From assembly GCA_963697385.1 (NCBI GenBank), contig CAVONU010000006.1, positions 350,343-414,342 of the forward strand: DNA of 64,000 bases. Direction: 5' to 3'. This document shows, in pieces, positions 10,129 through 19,224 of the stretch; position 1 is the stretch's first letter; each line of letters opens with the position of its first letter. Both the position numbers and the translations under genes were made by a program. Source of the stretch: an uncultured Acidimicrobiales bacterium. GTDB lineage: Bacteria > Actinomycetota > Acidimicrobiia > Acidimicrobiales > CAWCAL01. The notes beneath the pieces were generated by a model. The model made no database searches. It was not told the origin of the DNA and worked only from the letters and a program-made list of their open reading frames with translations.

Positions 10129-11091
10129 CTACCGGACGAGTTCGTCGAGGACGGCGAGCGCGGTTTCCTGGCGGGCTGTGTTCATGAGGTGGTCTGGGGT
10201 GCGCTCGACGAGCGGGCCGGTCATCTTCTTCGGCCTCGACGTGTAGGTGCGGCCCGACCGGTACGGGCCGCCTCTGCCGAGGGCGACGTCCAGGTAGCGT
10301 TTGGCGCCGACCGGCACGGGCTGGTCCATCCCGATGTACCGACCGACCTTGCTCATGACGGCGATCATCGCCTTGAACGCTCCGCTGGCGTTCCGGTCGG
10401 CGGCTGTCCCCATGTTGGCGCCTGGCGACACCGTGTAGAAGCGGGTCGATCCCTTGTGTTGTCGGGCCATCGCGGCTGACCACCAGGCCGAGAACACCTT
10501 GGTGGTCGAGTACTGGCGCTGGCCGTTGTACTCCGGCCCGCCCGACGCGGTGGCGAAGTTGCTCATCGCGTCTGCGTCGGTGGTGCCGAACTCGGACGGT
10601 TTGCCGAGGGCGAAGTCGTAGACGGACATACCCATCAGCTTCGACAGATCGTTGTTGGCCGCCTCCGAACCGACGAGAACGACGGACGCGTCGTCGAGCA
10701 GCCCGGCCTCGAGGAGCTCGGTCGTGATGATGTGGTGTCCGACGAGCGAGGCAGCGAAGCACATCTCGATGCCGTCGACGGTGGGGTCGAGCCGGCTCGG
10801 CACCATCCCCGCGTTCAGCAGTGCCACGTCGAACGAACGCCCGCGGTAGACCAACTCGGCGGCGGCCTTGCGAGACGACTCGATGATGCCGACGTCGACG
10901 ACGACGGTGTCGAACACGTCGGCGCCGGTGCGTTCCTGCAGCTCCTTCGCCGCGGCATCGGCCTTGTCCTGGGTGCGGCAGGCAAGCGTGACCGAGCCGT
11001 ACCCCAACTCGGCCAATTGTGCTGCAGCCTCGAAGCCGAGACCTGAGTTCGCGCCGGTGACCAGCGCGGAATTCTCGTTGTACTCACTCAT
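10129..11091 (-). CDS. SDR-family oxidoreductase
   Basis: From ATG 11091: MSEYNENSALVTGANSGLGFEAAAQLAELG (TGxxxGxG) and a YSTTK active-site motif (YxxxK). Confidence 0.85.
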   Translation of the reverse strand: MSEYNENSALVTGANSGLGFEAAAQLAELGYGSVTLACRTQDKADAAAKELQERTGADVFDTVVVDVGIIESSRKAAAELVYRGRSFDVALLNAGMVPSRLDPTVDGIEMCFAASLVGHHIITTELLEAGLLDDASVVLVGSEAANNDLSKLMGMSVYDFALGKPSEFGTTDADAMSNFATASGGPEYNGQRQYSTTKVFSAWWSAAMARQHKGSTRFYTVSPGANMGTAADRNASGAFKAMIAVMSKVGRYIGMDQPVPVGAKRYLDVALGRGGPYRSGRTYTSRPKKMTGPLVERTPDHLMNTARQETALAVLDELVR

Positions 11092-11138
11092 GTTCGTCGG
11101 TCCTTTGTCTCGTGATGCGGACGGGTGATCCGGATGAT

Positions 11139-11188
11139 TGGTACCGGAGCGTATCAATTGCTCGCCTGTTTGCAACCGACCGGTACCA
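11139..11188. promoter_or_regulatory. inverted repeat in the SDR/TetR divergent intergenic region (candidate TetR operator)
   Basis: tggtaccgg (11139-11147) and ccggtacca (11180-11188) are exact reverse complements, 32 bp apart. They lie between the divergent starts at 11091 and 11211. Confidence 0.3.
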
Positions 11189-11210
11189 TTCCTGCGGTAG
11201 CGTGCGTGTC

Positions 11211-11807
11211 GTGACCACCAAGACGCGCGCACCCGGCCGACCCCGTCAGTTCGACGAGGAGACGGTGTTGGACCGCGTCACCGAGGTGTTCTGGAAGCAG
11301 GGCTACGCCCGAACCAGCGTGGCCGACCTCGTCGAGGCGACCGGTGTCCACAAGCCGAGTCTGTACCGAACGTTCGGATCCAAGGATGAGCTGTTCGCAC
11401 TCGTCCTCCGACGGTACGTCACCGCACGAATGGGCGCGTTCGCCGAGCGCGTCGAGTCGACCGCCCCGGGCACCGACGGCATCGAGCAGTTCCTCACCGC
11501 GATGCGCGACGACCTCGTCGACGGCCCCGCCCGACGCGGCTGCCTGCTCGTCGCCTCCTCCTCCGAGCTGCACGGCACCACCCCTGGCTTCGAGAACTTC
11601 GGCGCTGTCTATCGCCAGGCGATCCGAGACGTCCTCCGGCCGCTGGTCGCGAAGGCGGGCGGCACACCAACCGACGTCGACCAGCGAACCAACGTGCTCG
11701 CAACCTGGCTCCTCGGGCTCGACGTGACCACGCGCGGTGGCGCAACCACCCAAGAGCTCGATCAGGCCGTCGACTCGATGGGACACCTCATCGACGGTTG
11801 GGTCTGA
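11211..11807 (+). CDS. TetR/AcrR-family transcriptional regulator
   Basis: GTG 11211 (or 11202). N-terminal HTH: GRPRQFDEETVLDRVTEVFWKQGYARTSVADLVEATGVHKPSLYRTFGSKDELF. Confidence 0.85.
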   Translation: MTTKTRAPGRPRQFDEETVLDRVTEVFWKQGYARTSVADLVEATGVHKPSLYRTFGSKDELFALVLRRYVTARMGAFAERVESTAPGTDGIEQFLTAMRDDLVDGPARRGCLLVASSSELHGTTPGFENFGAVYRQAIRDVLRPLVAKAGGTPTDVDQRTNVLATWLLGLDVTTRGGATTQELDQAVDSMGHLIDGWV

Positions 11808-12020
11808 GACCGTCGCGCATCATTCCAACGCTCGATGGCGGTCGCCCCACGCGGGTGGTGGCGCCGCCCCGCTCGGGGAACCAGACAGGCGGCCACGCCG
11901 CCGCAAGCATTGAGGGCCCGCGGTAGCGCTCGCGGGCTGCGAGGGCGGACGTGCCAAGCGACTTCGATCCGCCCGTTCGGTCGATCCCGTTGCGAGCGGG
12001 TCAGTTCCCGGAGTCGGGCG

Positions 12021-12350
12021 CTACGACCGCGAGAAGCTCTGATAGTGCAGGAGCAGACCATCGTCGGACCACTCGTGAAAGATGGAGCCACCAACCTCGT
12101 CGCTGCCGGGAAGCGACAAGATGAGCGCCGCCCTGTTCTCTTGAGCGACGGAGTCGAGCACTTTGATCTCGGCGTCGCCGAGGGCCTCGAACAGCGTCGT
12201 GTACATCTCGCGCACGGCGTCGCGGGAGGTGAGCACCGGGGGGTTCGGCATCTCGTAGCGGACATCCTCGGCGATCATCGAGTTCATCGTGTCGAGGTGG
12301 CGGCGATGAAAAGCGTCGAAGGAGGCATGTGGCAGGGCGCCGGAGTCCAT
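12021..12350 (-). CDS. NTF2/SnoaL-like small protein
   Basis: Core HRRHLDTMNSMIAEDVRYEMPNPPVLTSRDAVREMYTTLFEALGDAEIKVLDSVAQENRAALILSL fits the NTF2-like pattern. The start is uncertain (ATG 12350, or upstream at 12473). Confidence 0.55.
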   Translation of the reverse strand: MDSGALPHASFDAFHRRHLDTMNSMIAEDVRYEMPNPPVLTSRDAVREMYTTLFEALGDAEIKVLDSVAQENRAALILSLPGSDEVGGSIFHEWSDDGLLLHYQSFSRS

Positions 12351-12525
12351 GGCCCGACCATCGGTGCCGCGACGCGCAGGTGCGTGCCGACCGGTTGGGC
12401 CGTGAGTTGGACGATCGGGCTCGGCACGGGGCGGTACCTCGATCGTTGTGACGTTGTCCTCTTCCCAACCCATCTGGCCGGCGCAACGATGGGAATCCAC
12501 TCGGCCCACGCGAGGAGGCCAGAAG

Positions 12526-12810
12526 ATGGATCACCAGGACGAACGCAGAGCTGCCGCGATCGCCCGCATCACCGACAAGCGCGACTTCAGGAACCACGCT
12601 CTCGTCTACTGCGCCGTCAACATGCTGCTCGTGGTCATCTGGGCTGCGTCCGGTGCCGGCTACTTCTGGCCGATCTGGGCCATCGCCGGATGGGGCATCG
12701 GTCTCGCCGCGCACGCCTGGCGGGTCTACGGACAGAAGCCCATCTCCGAAGCCGACATCATCGAGGAGATGCACCGCCCCCAGAATCCGTCCAACCGCAC
12801 GTCCTCCTGA
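12526..12810 (+). CDS. 2TM-domain small membrane protein
   Basis: ATG 12526, preceded by gaggagg. KRDFRNHALVYCAVNMLLVVIWAASGAGYFWPIWAIAGWGIGLAAHAW is the 2TM-domain pattern. Confidence 0.8.
   Translation: MDHQDERRAAAIARITDKRDFRNHALVYCAVNMLLVVIWAASGAGYFWPIWAIAGWGIGLAAHAWRVYGQKPISEADIIEEMHRPQNPSNRTSS
12634..12694. repeat. 61-bp arm of a perfect inverted repeat (partner 13048-13108)
   Basis: gtcatctgggctgcgtccggtgccggctacttctggccgatctgggccatcgccggatggg is the exact reverse complement of 13048-13108 (checked base by base). Confidence 0.9.
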
Positions 12811-12934
12811 ACCGACGTCGTCGACGCCATCTCACGCCACGGACACCGAGCCTCGAGGCAGGTGTCGGCCTGGAACCGGTTGGGAATGCGGGGGCTCACC
12901 GGCCCTTTCGGGCAACCGCGCTGTCGTGGATCGG

Positions 12935-13216
12935 TCAATATCGAGGGGTGTGGTGGGGTTCTTGACGTCGCATTTCGGCCTGGATGTCTTCCTCGGTGAC
13001 GCGTTCCTGGAAGTAGACGGCGTAGGCTTGGGCGGCCAGGCCGATAGCCCATCCGGCGATGGCCCAGATCGGCCAGAAGTAGCCGGCACCGGACGCAGCC
13101 CAGATGACGATCAGCATCGTGTTGATGAGCAGATACGCGGCCAGGTGGAGTCGGAACTCCCGCTTGGCTTCGAGTCGCTGGATGGCGGCGTGGCGGTGGT
13201 CGTCCGACGGGGTCAT
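12935..13216 (-). CDS. 2TM-domain small membrane protein (paralogue of 12526-12810)
   Basis: MTPSDDHRHAAIQRLEAKREFRLHLAAYLLINTMLIVIWAASGAGYFWPIWAIAGWAIGLAAQAY. Convergent with its paralogue. Confidence 0.8.
   Translation of the reverse strand: MTPSDDHRHAAIQRLEAKREFRLHLAAYLLINTMLIVIWAASGAGYFWPIWAIAGWAIGLAAQAYAVYFQERVTEEDIQAEMRRQEPHHTPRY
13048..13108. repeat. 61-bp arm of a perfect inverted repeat (partner 12634-12694)
   Basis: Exact reverse complement of 12634-12694. Confidence 0.9.
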
Positions 13217-13234
13217 GTCGTCCTCACCCTCGTT

Positions 13235-13696
13235 TCAGTCGGTCGGGTTGCTTCGGTGGGGGTCCGTTGGCGCGGGGATTGGCCGGTGCGGGCGCACGCT
13301 GTTGACTGCTGGGATGTCCCACGCTTCATGGATCTGGCCGCCGAACACTCGCCACACCACGACGGCGTCGACGTCGATCATCGTTCCGTCGAAGCCGAGC
13401 GTGTTGGTTGCGAACGCGACCAGTAGTTCGTCTCCGCAGGGGGTCAGTGAGTGGGGCACGTTGCCGAAACCGGTCTCGCTGATTTCTGCGAGGCGTTCGA
13501 AGAGATCGGCGGTGCCTTCGTAACCGTGGTAGTCACCGGCCAGGTCTGGGAGTCTGGGGTTGAAGAAGTGGAAGACGAAGTCGTCAGCGAACGGGTGATT
13601 GTCGCGATCGACGAAGCCGGATTGGATGAGGGCTCCTGCTTGCACGACCAGCTCGATATTCGCGTCGACGTTCGTGCGTTCGGGTGACTGGTCCAC
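13235..13696 (-). CDS. SnoaL/NTF2-like protein
   Basis: 153-aa ORF. The pattern FADDFVFHFFNP...GTADLFERL...DAVVVWRVFGGQIHEAWDI resembles SnoaL-like polyketide-cyclase-fold proteins. 19 nt upstream of the 2TM gene on the same strand. Confidence 0.6.
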   Translation of the reverse strand: MDQSPERTNVDANIELVVQAGALIQSGFVDRDNHPFADDFVFHFFNPRLPDLAGDYHGYEGTADLFERLAEISETGFGNVPHSLTPCGDELLVAFATNTLGFDGTMIDVDAVVVWRVFGGQIHEAWDIPAVNSVRPHRPIPAPTDPHRSNPTD

Positions 13697-13724
13697 ACTG
13701 TGCCTCCGTGTTCATGGACCAGGA

Positions 13725-14120
13725 TCAGCGGCGACGGCGTGGCAAGCCAGGGCCGAAAGTCCTGACCGGGGCAGGATCGAGCCCGCGGGAGGCTGGAGGC
13801 ACGACTGCGTCGACGAAGACGAGGCCCCACAACGTTGCCGATCGCCGCGCCGATGGCTGGGACGAACGCGCCAGCTCCCGAGTCGTGATCGGATCCCTGC
13901 CGTCGCCGTGGTCGTATTCGCCAGCATCGAATGCGTCGTAGATCTTGTAGGCCAGCTCGGGCATCGAGGACTCAGCGCTGTGTTCAACGAAACCGTCGGT
14001 GATTCGGATCCAGAGGAGGTTGAGGATCTGGTCGCCGTCTTCGAACAAGAGTGCGCCGTCCAAGAACTGCTGGGCGACTGCGAGTGCGATGACATCGATC
14101 CGGAGCGTTCCGGACCGCAA
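13725..14120 (-). CDS. hypothetical protein (possibly degraded)
   Basis: The middle looks protein-like (IDVIALAVAQQFLDGALLFEDGDQILNLLWIRITDGFVEHSAESSMPELAYKIYDAFDAGEYDH). The N-terminus seems to continue in another frame (13984-14169) and the tail is Arg/Pro-rich. Confidence 0.3.
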   Translation of the reverse strand: MRSGTLRIDVIALAVAQQFLDGALLFEDGDQILNLLWIRITDGFVEHSAESSMPELAYKIYDAFDAGEYDHGDGRDPITTRELARSSQPSARRSATLWGLVFVDAVVPPASRGLDPAPVRTFGPGLPRRRR

Positions 14121-14200
14121 TCATGAGTGGGTTGTGGCGGTCCGGACGAGCGATCTCAAGTGCCGACACCGCGCCGTTCTTCGGGCCGCTCGCGCCGTCG

Positions 14201-14215
14201 GTGGAGCGGCGGTGA
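14201..14215. repeat. degenerate copy of the element att junction (gtggagcggCGgtga)
   Basis: Matches gtggagcgggtga (15301-15313 and 21454-21466) apart from a 2-nt insertion. Ends one base before the int1 stop codon. Confidence 0.3.
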
Positions 14216-14216
14216 A

Positions 14217-15217
14217 CTAGCCCGACTGGAGGTCGCCGTTCAGGCGTTGCTCGATGGCCTCGGCGATCTCACCGTCTCGGCGAGCCGACGCTGCCAGGTA
14301 TCGGAGCGATGCGTCGGAGGAGGCGTGGCCCATCCTCGCCATGATCTCGCGCAGCGAGGCGCCGGCCGTCGCAGCGGAGGTCCCGGCCAGGTGGCGGAGG
14401 TCGTGGAAGCGCGTCGACTCCTCGAGTCCCGCGTCTCGAAGGGCTCGCTTCCAGTACGGAGCGAAGTAGCGGTTGAGGAGCGGGCTGCCCTTCACCGACG
14501 TGAAGATGAACGTATCCGGATCGTCGTCCACGAACGCCTCGAAGTGGCCGGCGAGGACCTGGGCCGCACTGACCGGGATGGTGACCGTGCGATGTGCGGC
14601 CGCCGATTTCGGTGGGCCGAGCGTCGGGCCCCGGCCTCGGACGAACGTGAGCGCCTGTTCGACCCGCAGGGTTCGCCCGCCGAGATCGACGTGGCGGCGG
14701 GTGAGCCCGGTGAGCTCGCCGAAGCGGAGGCCCGATGTGGCCCCGACCCACACGAGTGCGCTGAATCTGGGATGGACGCTCTCGGCGATGCGCTCGACGT
14801 CATCCCAGTCGAGTGCCGGACGCTCGACGGCTCGTTCGACAGCGGCGCCCCTGATGTGGACCGGGTTCATCCGGATGGGCCCGTCGTCGACGGCAGTGTC
14901 CAACATCGTGCGGAACAGTCGGTAGACCTTGGCCACGGTGTTGGCGTGGAGGTCGGACTTCGCCAACCGACCGTGCCAGGCCCGCACCATGGAGGGTGTG
15001 ATCTTCCGCAGCTCGACCGACTCGAACTCGGCCAGAATGTACGCCAGCTGCGATGCGTAGGTGTCCCGGGTCCGAGGACGCAGATCCCGAGCCTCCAGCC
15101 AGCCTTCGTGGCGAAGGTCGAGTCGGCGGGGATCTGCTTGCCGAGGTGCCAGTAGCGCGCCTGATAGCGCCCGCTCCTGAGCTTTCGGATGTTGCCGAGC
15201 GGCCTGGTGCTGCCCAT
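14217..15217 (-). pseudogene. tyrosine recombinase/integrase, copy 1: N-terminal deletion with frameshift
   Basis: The catalytic part (HRTVTIP, HDLRHLAGTSAATAGASLREIMARMGHASSDASLRY) is in one frame. The true N-terminus (MGSTRPLGNIRKLRSGRYQARYWHLGKQIPADSTFATKA) starts at ATG 15217 in another frame. The join at ~15105 skips the segment present in copy 2. Confidence 0.85.
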
Positions 15218-15242
15218 ACGTGCCCACGGTCGCCCGATGTTC

Positions 15243-15260
15243 TAGGCACACTGTAGGCAC
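15243..15260. promoter_or_regulatory. TAGGCAC-N4-TAGGCAC doublet (candidate arm-type/operator site)
   Basis: taggcacactgtaggcac, 26 nt upstream (minus-strand sense) of the int1 ATG. The same doublet occurs at 15480-15497 and 21396-21413. Confidence 0.4.
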
Positions 15261-15300
15261 GGAGCCGGGTGACGGTTTGGCTCACTACCAACGGTTCTGC

Positions 15301-15313
15301 GTGGAGCGGGTGA
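15301..15313. repeat. att junction remnant (gtg + first 10 nt of the tRNA-derived core)
   Basis: gtggagcgggtga is identical to 21454-21466. Positions 15304-15313 match the start of the 45-bp tRNA-Gly repeat, after which the sequences diverge. Confidence 0.45.
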
Positions 15314-15479
15314 TCCGCCCTGGGTTCCGCGGAGGCTCTCGACCCTTGAGCGTGGAAAGCTGCCGGACCGGTTCGGCGCGATCGCTGGTGGAGTAGGGAT
15401 TCCACTGCAAACAACAGGATAGCGACGGTTCCCCGACCGACCGCTAGCCCCCGTTGGAGATCCCTGTTCCTTGTTGTTC

Positions 15480-15497
15480 TAGGCACGTTGTAGGCAC
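15480..15497. promoter_or_regulatory. TAGGCAC-N4-TAGGCAC doublet, second copy
   Basis: taggcacgttgtaggcac, with shared flanks (gttc...g) as at 15243 and 21396. Lies on the other side of the att remnant. Confidence 0.4.
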
Positions 15498-15749
15498 GAA
15501 TCGTGGTCGAGTATCGGCTCGCTGTGATCGTCGGCCTATCAGCGTCGTGAACGCTGCGCCTTGTCGGCTGACGTTGGGGTCGTCCCGACTCCGGTTGCCA
15601 ACCCGAGTTCCATGTGTCGGCGGCTACGAAGTGGCAGACACAGCGGCCATGGATGGCATCCGACGGCCTTCGGCACCTCCAGCGTTGTCGTCACAATGGA
15701 CCAGACATCTTGTGCGATTTACCATGCTCTGATGGGGAATGAGGATGCG

Positions 15750-16861
15750 ATGCGGCGGGTATGGCGTCGGTTGGGGGCCATGCTGATGGTCGCGGTCCTG
15801 GTGGCCGCTGGGTGTAGTCCGGCTCCGAGCCCGCATCCGCCGACGCGATTCCAGCCGTCGGACGACACAGCGGCGTTCTCGGAGCTGCAACTCACCCGGG
15901 GCGATGGGGTGCCGATCGGAGTCGCGGACCCCGACATCCTCAAGGTCGGGGACTCCTGGTATCTGTATGCGACGACGAGCACCGAGGACGGTTTCGAGGC
16001 CTGGAGTTCCGATGATCTGTTCTCGTGGACCTACGAGGGGTTCGTGTGGACGCCGACGCCGGGGTCGTGGAACGACCATGGCGCCTATTGGGCGCCGGAT
16101 CTCTACCAGAGCGCGAACGGGATCTACCTGTACTACACCGCCGGGAACAAGATCGGCGTGGCCCGCGCCGATACGCCTCTCGGCCCCTTCGTCGAGGTCT
16201 TGGATCACCCGCTCATCGGTAACGGCTACGGCGGCGTGGGCGACGGCCAGTTCTGGGGCACCCCGACCGACCCCATCCCGCTGCTCGACTCCGATGAGCA
16301 CGCGATCGACGCGTTTCTCTTCGAGGCATCCGACGGTTCGTTGACCCTCTACTTCTCCGCTGTACCCCGCGCTCGGCATCGCCGTGATGTCGGCGATACC
16401 GATGATCGACGAGACCACCCCGGCAGCGGAGCCGGCGACCGTGGTGCTCGAACCGAACGTTTTCGGCTGGGAGCGCTTCATCCGAGAAGCGGCGTGGGTG
16501 ACCGAACATGACGGCGTCTACCACCTCACGTACTCCGGGTCCGGCGCGGACACGAGCTGCTACGCGATCGGTGAGGCGACCGCCACGAACCCACTCGGAC
16601 CGTTCACCCGCACGGGACCCGCGCCCACTCCTCCACGACGACCCGACCGTCGGCTTCTACGGACCCGGGCACCACACGATCACCGAAGGACCCGACGGCG
16701 ACCTCGTCATGTTCTTCCACACCAAGGACGACTACGAGCAGGGATACGACCGGCATGTGCGCTGGGCCCCCGTGTCGGTCGACGGCGCGGGCAACCTACA
16801 GATCGACGGCGCCGTCCCCGGAACCTCCACCACCGGCACCTCCTCCTGCGCCTTCGGCTGA
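15750..16861 (+). pseudogene. glycoside hydrolase family 43 lipoprotein, two frameshifts
   Basis: Signal/lipobox MRRVWRRLGAMLMVAVLVAAGCS. GH43 motifs VADPDILKVGDSWYLYATT, GAYWAPDLYQ, AAWVTEHDGVYHLTYSG and GPGHHTITEGPDGDLVMFFH fall in three successive frames. The switches are at ~16360 and ~16610. Confidence 0.8.
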
Positions 16862-16868
16862 GGCGCTG

Positions 16869-18422
16869 CTACGACTCGACGTGGAGTGAGTAGGAGCCGT
16901 CGCTTGCGACGGCTCGCAGCAACGTCCCTCCAGGCACCTCGCGCATCTCGATCTCGGCCAGCCCGTCCGACTCGACGACGCGGAACTCCCGACCACCGTT
17001 GCCATTGAGCCAGACGAGGAGGGTGGATCCGACCCGGGCAGCCTCGGCCGCCATATCGAGCCCCCCGGTCTCGATGTCGCTGCGAAGCTCGGAGATCCGC
17101 CCTGGTGTGACGCGGGGATAGGACCGACCGGCGATCGGGAGCAGCGCTTCATTCGGTCGAACCCTGCCCTCGGGACAGTCGACGGCCATCAACGCTAGGT
17201 CGGTGCGTTCGACCAGCGGTTCGCCCGGCGGCACCCGTGGGCGCTCCATGGCGTGGGGATCTCCGCAGCCGACCGACCAGAGCCACCATGACCAACTGGC
17301 ACCGACCGCGTCGAGGCGGTGCGCAAAGTCCACGGCGTCGGCGACGTTGGCGTCATCCCGCCCGGTGAAGTGGAACTCGCCGATCCACAGCGGCATGTCG
17401 AACGTCGTCGCGTTGGCGTCGAAGATCTCGAGGAACTGCGCCCGAGTGAGCGCGGTCGGATAGACGTGGGGCGAGAACACCAGATCAGCGTCATCGTCGA
17501 GTTCCTCGAAGTCGGGGAGGTTTCCCGGCAGGGGATGCAGCACCACCGGCTCCACGAAGATCGGGTGGGGCGGAGCACCTTGTGCGACCTCGGCCGATCT
17601 CACCGCACCGATCGTCAGCGCCAGCAGCTCCGTATACGCCGCCGGCATGTCCGCCGCATCGAGCACCATGTACGGCTCATTCAACAGGTCGAACCCTGCC
17701 AAGCCCCGCACGTCGGCAAGCGTCGTCGCCACATGCCCCCACATCGCCACGAAGGCATCACGAATACCATCGCGGTTCCCATAGAAGTTGCGGAAGGCCC
17801 GCACCACCGCGGGTGAGCCCTCGCGAAAGCCGGGCAGACGGCACGTCGACTGGCCGTCGGTGATCGTCGCCCACTCGGGTGCGCCGTCCCAGCCGATCGC
17901 CGGCTCCGATCCGTCGGGGCACGTGACGCCCTCGGGAGTGGCGATGAACTTGCCCCATGCGTCCTGATGCATGTCGACGATCGTGTACATGTCGCGGTCC
18001 GCGAGCTTCTCGATCAGGTCGCGTACCCGGCCGAGGTAGTCGGCGTCGTAGCGACCCGGTTCGGGCTCGATCGACGACCACGACACCACGAGGCGGACGA
18101 CGGAGAACCCGTTCGCCGCCATCAGATCGAGCTCAGCCGCGGTGACCGGATTCACGGTGTCGAGTCTCGGGTCCGCCTGGTAGTAGTCACCGAGAGAGTT
18201 GATGGCCGCCCCGTGCAGGAGCACCTCCCGGCCCTCGGAATCGACCAGAGCCGTACCGTCGACCCGCAGCGGCCCGAGCTCGAACCAATCCTCCTCAGGC
18301 GGCTCGACGGTCACCGACGTGGCAACGCTGTCAGCCGCTCCTCCGCCGCACGCCGAAGTGAGCAGCGCCGCCGCCAAGCCGATCGCCGCGGCAGCCAAAG
18401 CTCGACTCATGTCTCGGTGCAC
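16869..18422 (-). CDS. glycoside hydrolase family 5 lipoprotein (endoglycoceramidase/cellulase-like)
   Basis: Lipobox LLTSACGG. FSVVRLVVSWSSIEPEPGRYD, acid/base motif FDLLNEPY, nucleophile region PLWIGEFH. Intact at 517 aa. Confidence 0.85.
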   Translation of the reverse strand: MHRDMSRALAAAAIGLAAALLTSACGGGAADSVATSVTVEPPEEDWFELGPLRVDGTALVDSEGREVLLHGAAINSLGDYYQADPRLDTVNPVTAAELDLMAANGFSVVRLVVSWSSIEPEPGRYDADYLGRVRDLIEKLADRDMYTIVDMHQDAWGKFIATPEGVTCPDGSEPAIGWDGAPEWATITDGQSTCRLPGFREGSPAVVRAFRNFYGNRDGIRDAFVAMWGHVATTLADVRGLAGFDLLNEPYMVLDAADMPAAYTELLALTIGAVRSAEVAQGAPPHPIFVEPVVLHPLPGNLPDFEELDDDADLVFSPHVYPTALTRAQFLEIFDANATTFDMPLWIGEFHFTGRDDANVADAVDFAHRLDAVGASWSWWLWSVGCGDPHAMERPRVPPGEPLVERTDLALMAVDCPEGRVRPNEALLPIAGRSYPRVTPGRISELRSDIETGGLDMAAEAARVGSTLLVWLNGNGGREFRVVESDGLAEIEMREVPGGTLLRAVASDGSYSLHVES

Positions 18423-18465
18423 CCCACGGCGGACAGAGATCTCGCGAGGCTGTCCACGAGATTCG

Positions 18466-18753
18466 TCATTGAGTGATCGTCATCGCGTCGCCGACATCGA
18501 TCACCTGTCGCCGAGCGAATGTCGCATGGCCGTCCCCGATCGACGCTTCGACGCGGTCCTCGCCGATCTGAATCGTGGCACCGCTCTCGAGCCAGGGCAG
18601 GTCGACCCTCTCGATCTCCACCGAGCCGTGGCGGACGCCCAACAGTGGCCCACCCGCTCCTGTCGTCGTACGGCCTGAACGGTCGCCGGAGCCCTCTGTC
18701 ACCGTTGCCCCGATGGTTGGGCAGAACTCGCAACTCAGGCCGAACCCGAACAA
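18466..18753 (-). CDS. hypothetical small protein
   Basis: TTG start. About three quarters of codons end in G/C. The C-terminal half is protein-like (VEIERVDLPWLESGATIQIGEDRVEASIGDGHATFARRQVIDVGDAMTITQ). 43 nt upstream of the GH5 gene. Confidence 0.35.
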   Translation of the reverse strand: MFGFGLSCEFCPTIGATVTEGSGDRSGRTTTGAGGPLLGVRHGSVEIERVDLPWLESGATIQIGEDRVEASIGDGHATFARRQVIDVGDAMTITQ

Positions 18754-18990
18754 TGCGCCGGTCCACTCGCCGCCCGACTGGCCCGTACCGCTTGGCTCAT
18801 CACCGCGACAACGGTTTCACGGATGGCTCCGCTTGCGCAACCACTCGAGGGCCCGATCGGAAACGCCGCGTCGCGATCGCACCGGTCGTGGTTGGAGCGG
18901 GTGAGGCGTCAATGTGTATGGCAATGGCGGCGCCAGTCTTTGGTCCGTGGGCCGATCGAGGAGTTCGTAGAGACGCCCGAGGCTGCGTGC

Positions 18991-19015
18991 GCCAGTTGCG
19001 CAAAGCGCAACTGGC
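18991..19015. other. perfect 11-bp-stem palindrome/hairpin
   Basis: gccagttgcgc aaa gcgcaactggc, exact, inside the gene-poor part of element B. Confidence 0.6.
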
Positions 19016-19224
19016 AAGATGCTGTGCCACTCATTTCGGGTTGTTTGGTGCAGTGATGGCCGCAACGATTCCGGGCGGGCCGCCGTCACCATTGGCCGAG
19101 GGCGGAGCGGTCTGGTGGTGGGCTGGTGGCAGCGTCATCGGTGGAGGGTCGAGTACGTGCTGCTGGGGGTCGCGTCGGGCGGTGAGCATGGCGGCCGAAG
19201 AAGCGGAGCGAGGGATCCCGGCGC

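Noticed and set aside
11994-12004. gagcgggtcag, resembling the start of the att core (gagcgggtgag), as a possible outer boundary of the integrase array
   Set aside because: Only 8 contiguous matching bases, which is plausibly chance in GC-rich DNA. The 13/15 match at 14201-14215, next to int1, is the better candidate.
15315-15475. Possible degenerate tRNA 3' half or small RNA beside the att remnant
   Set aside because: Only scattered similarity to the tRNA-Gly T arm (GGAAC...GAT...CACCCGCTCCA). No foldable cloverleaf or stable hairpin could be drawn by eye.
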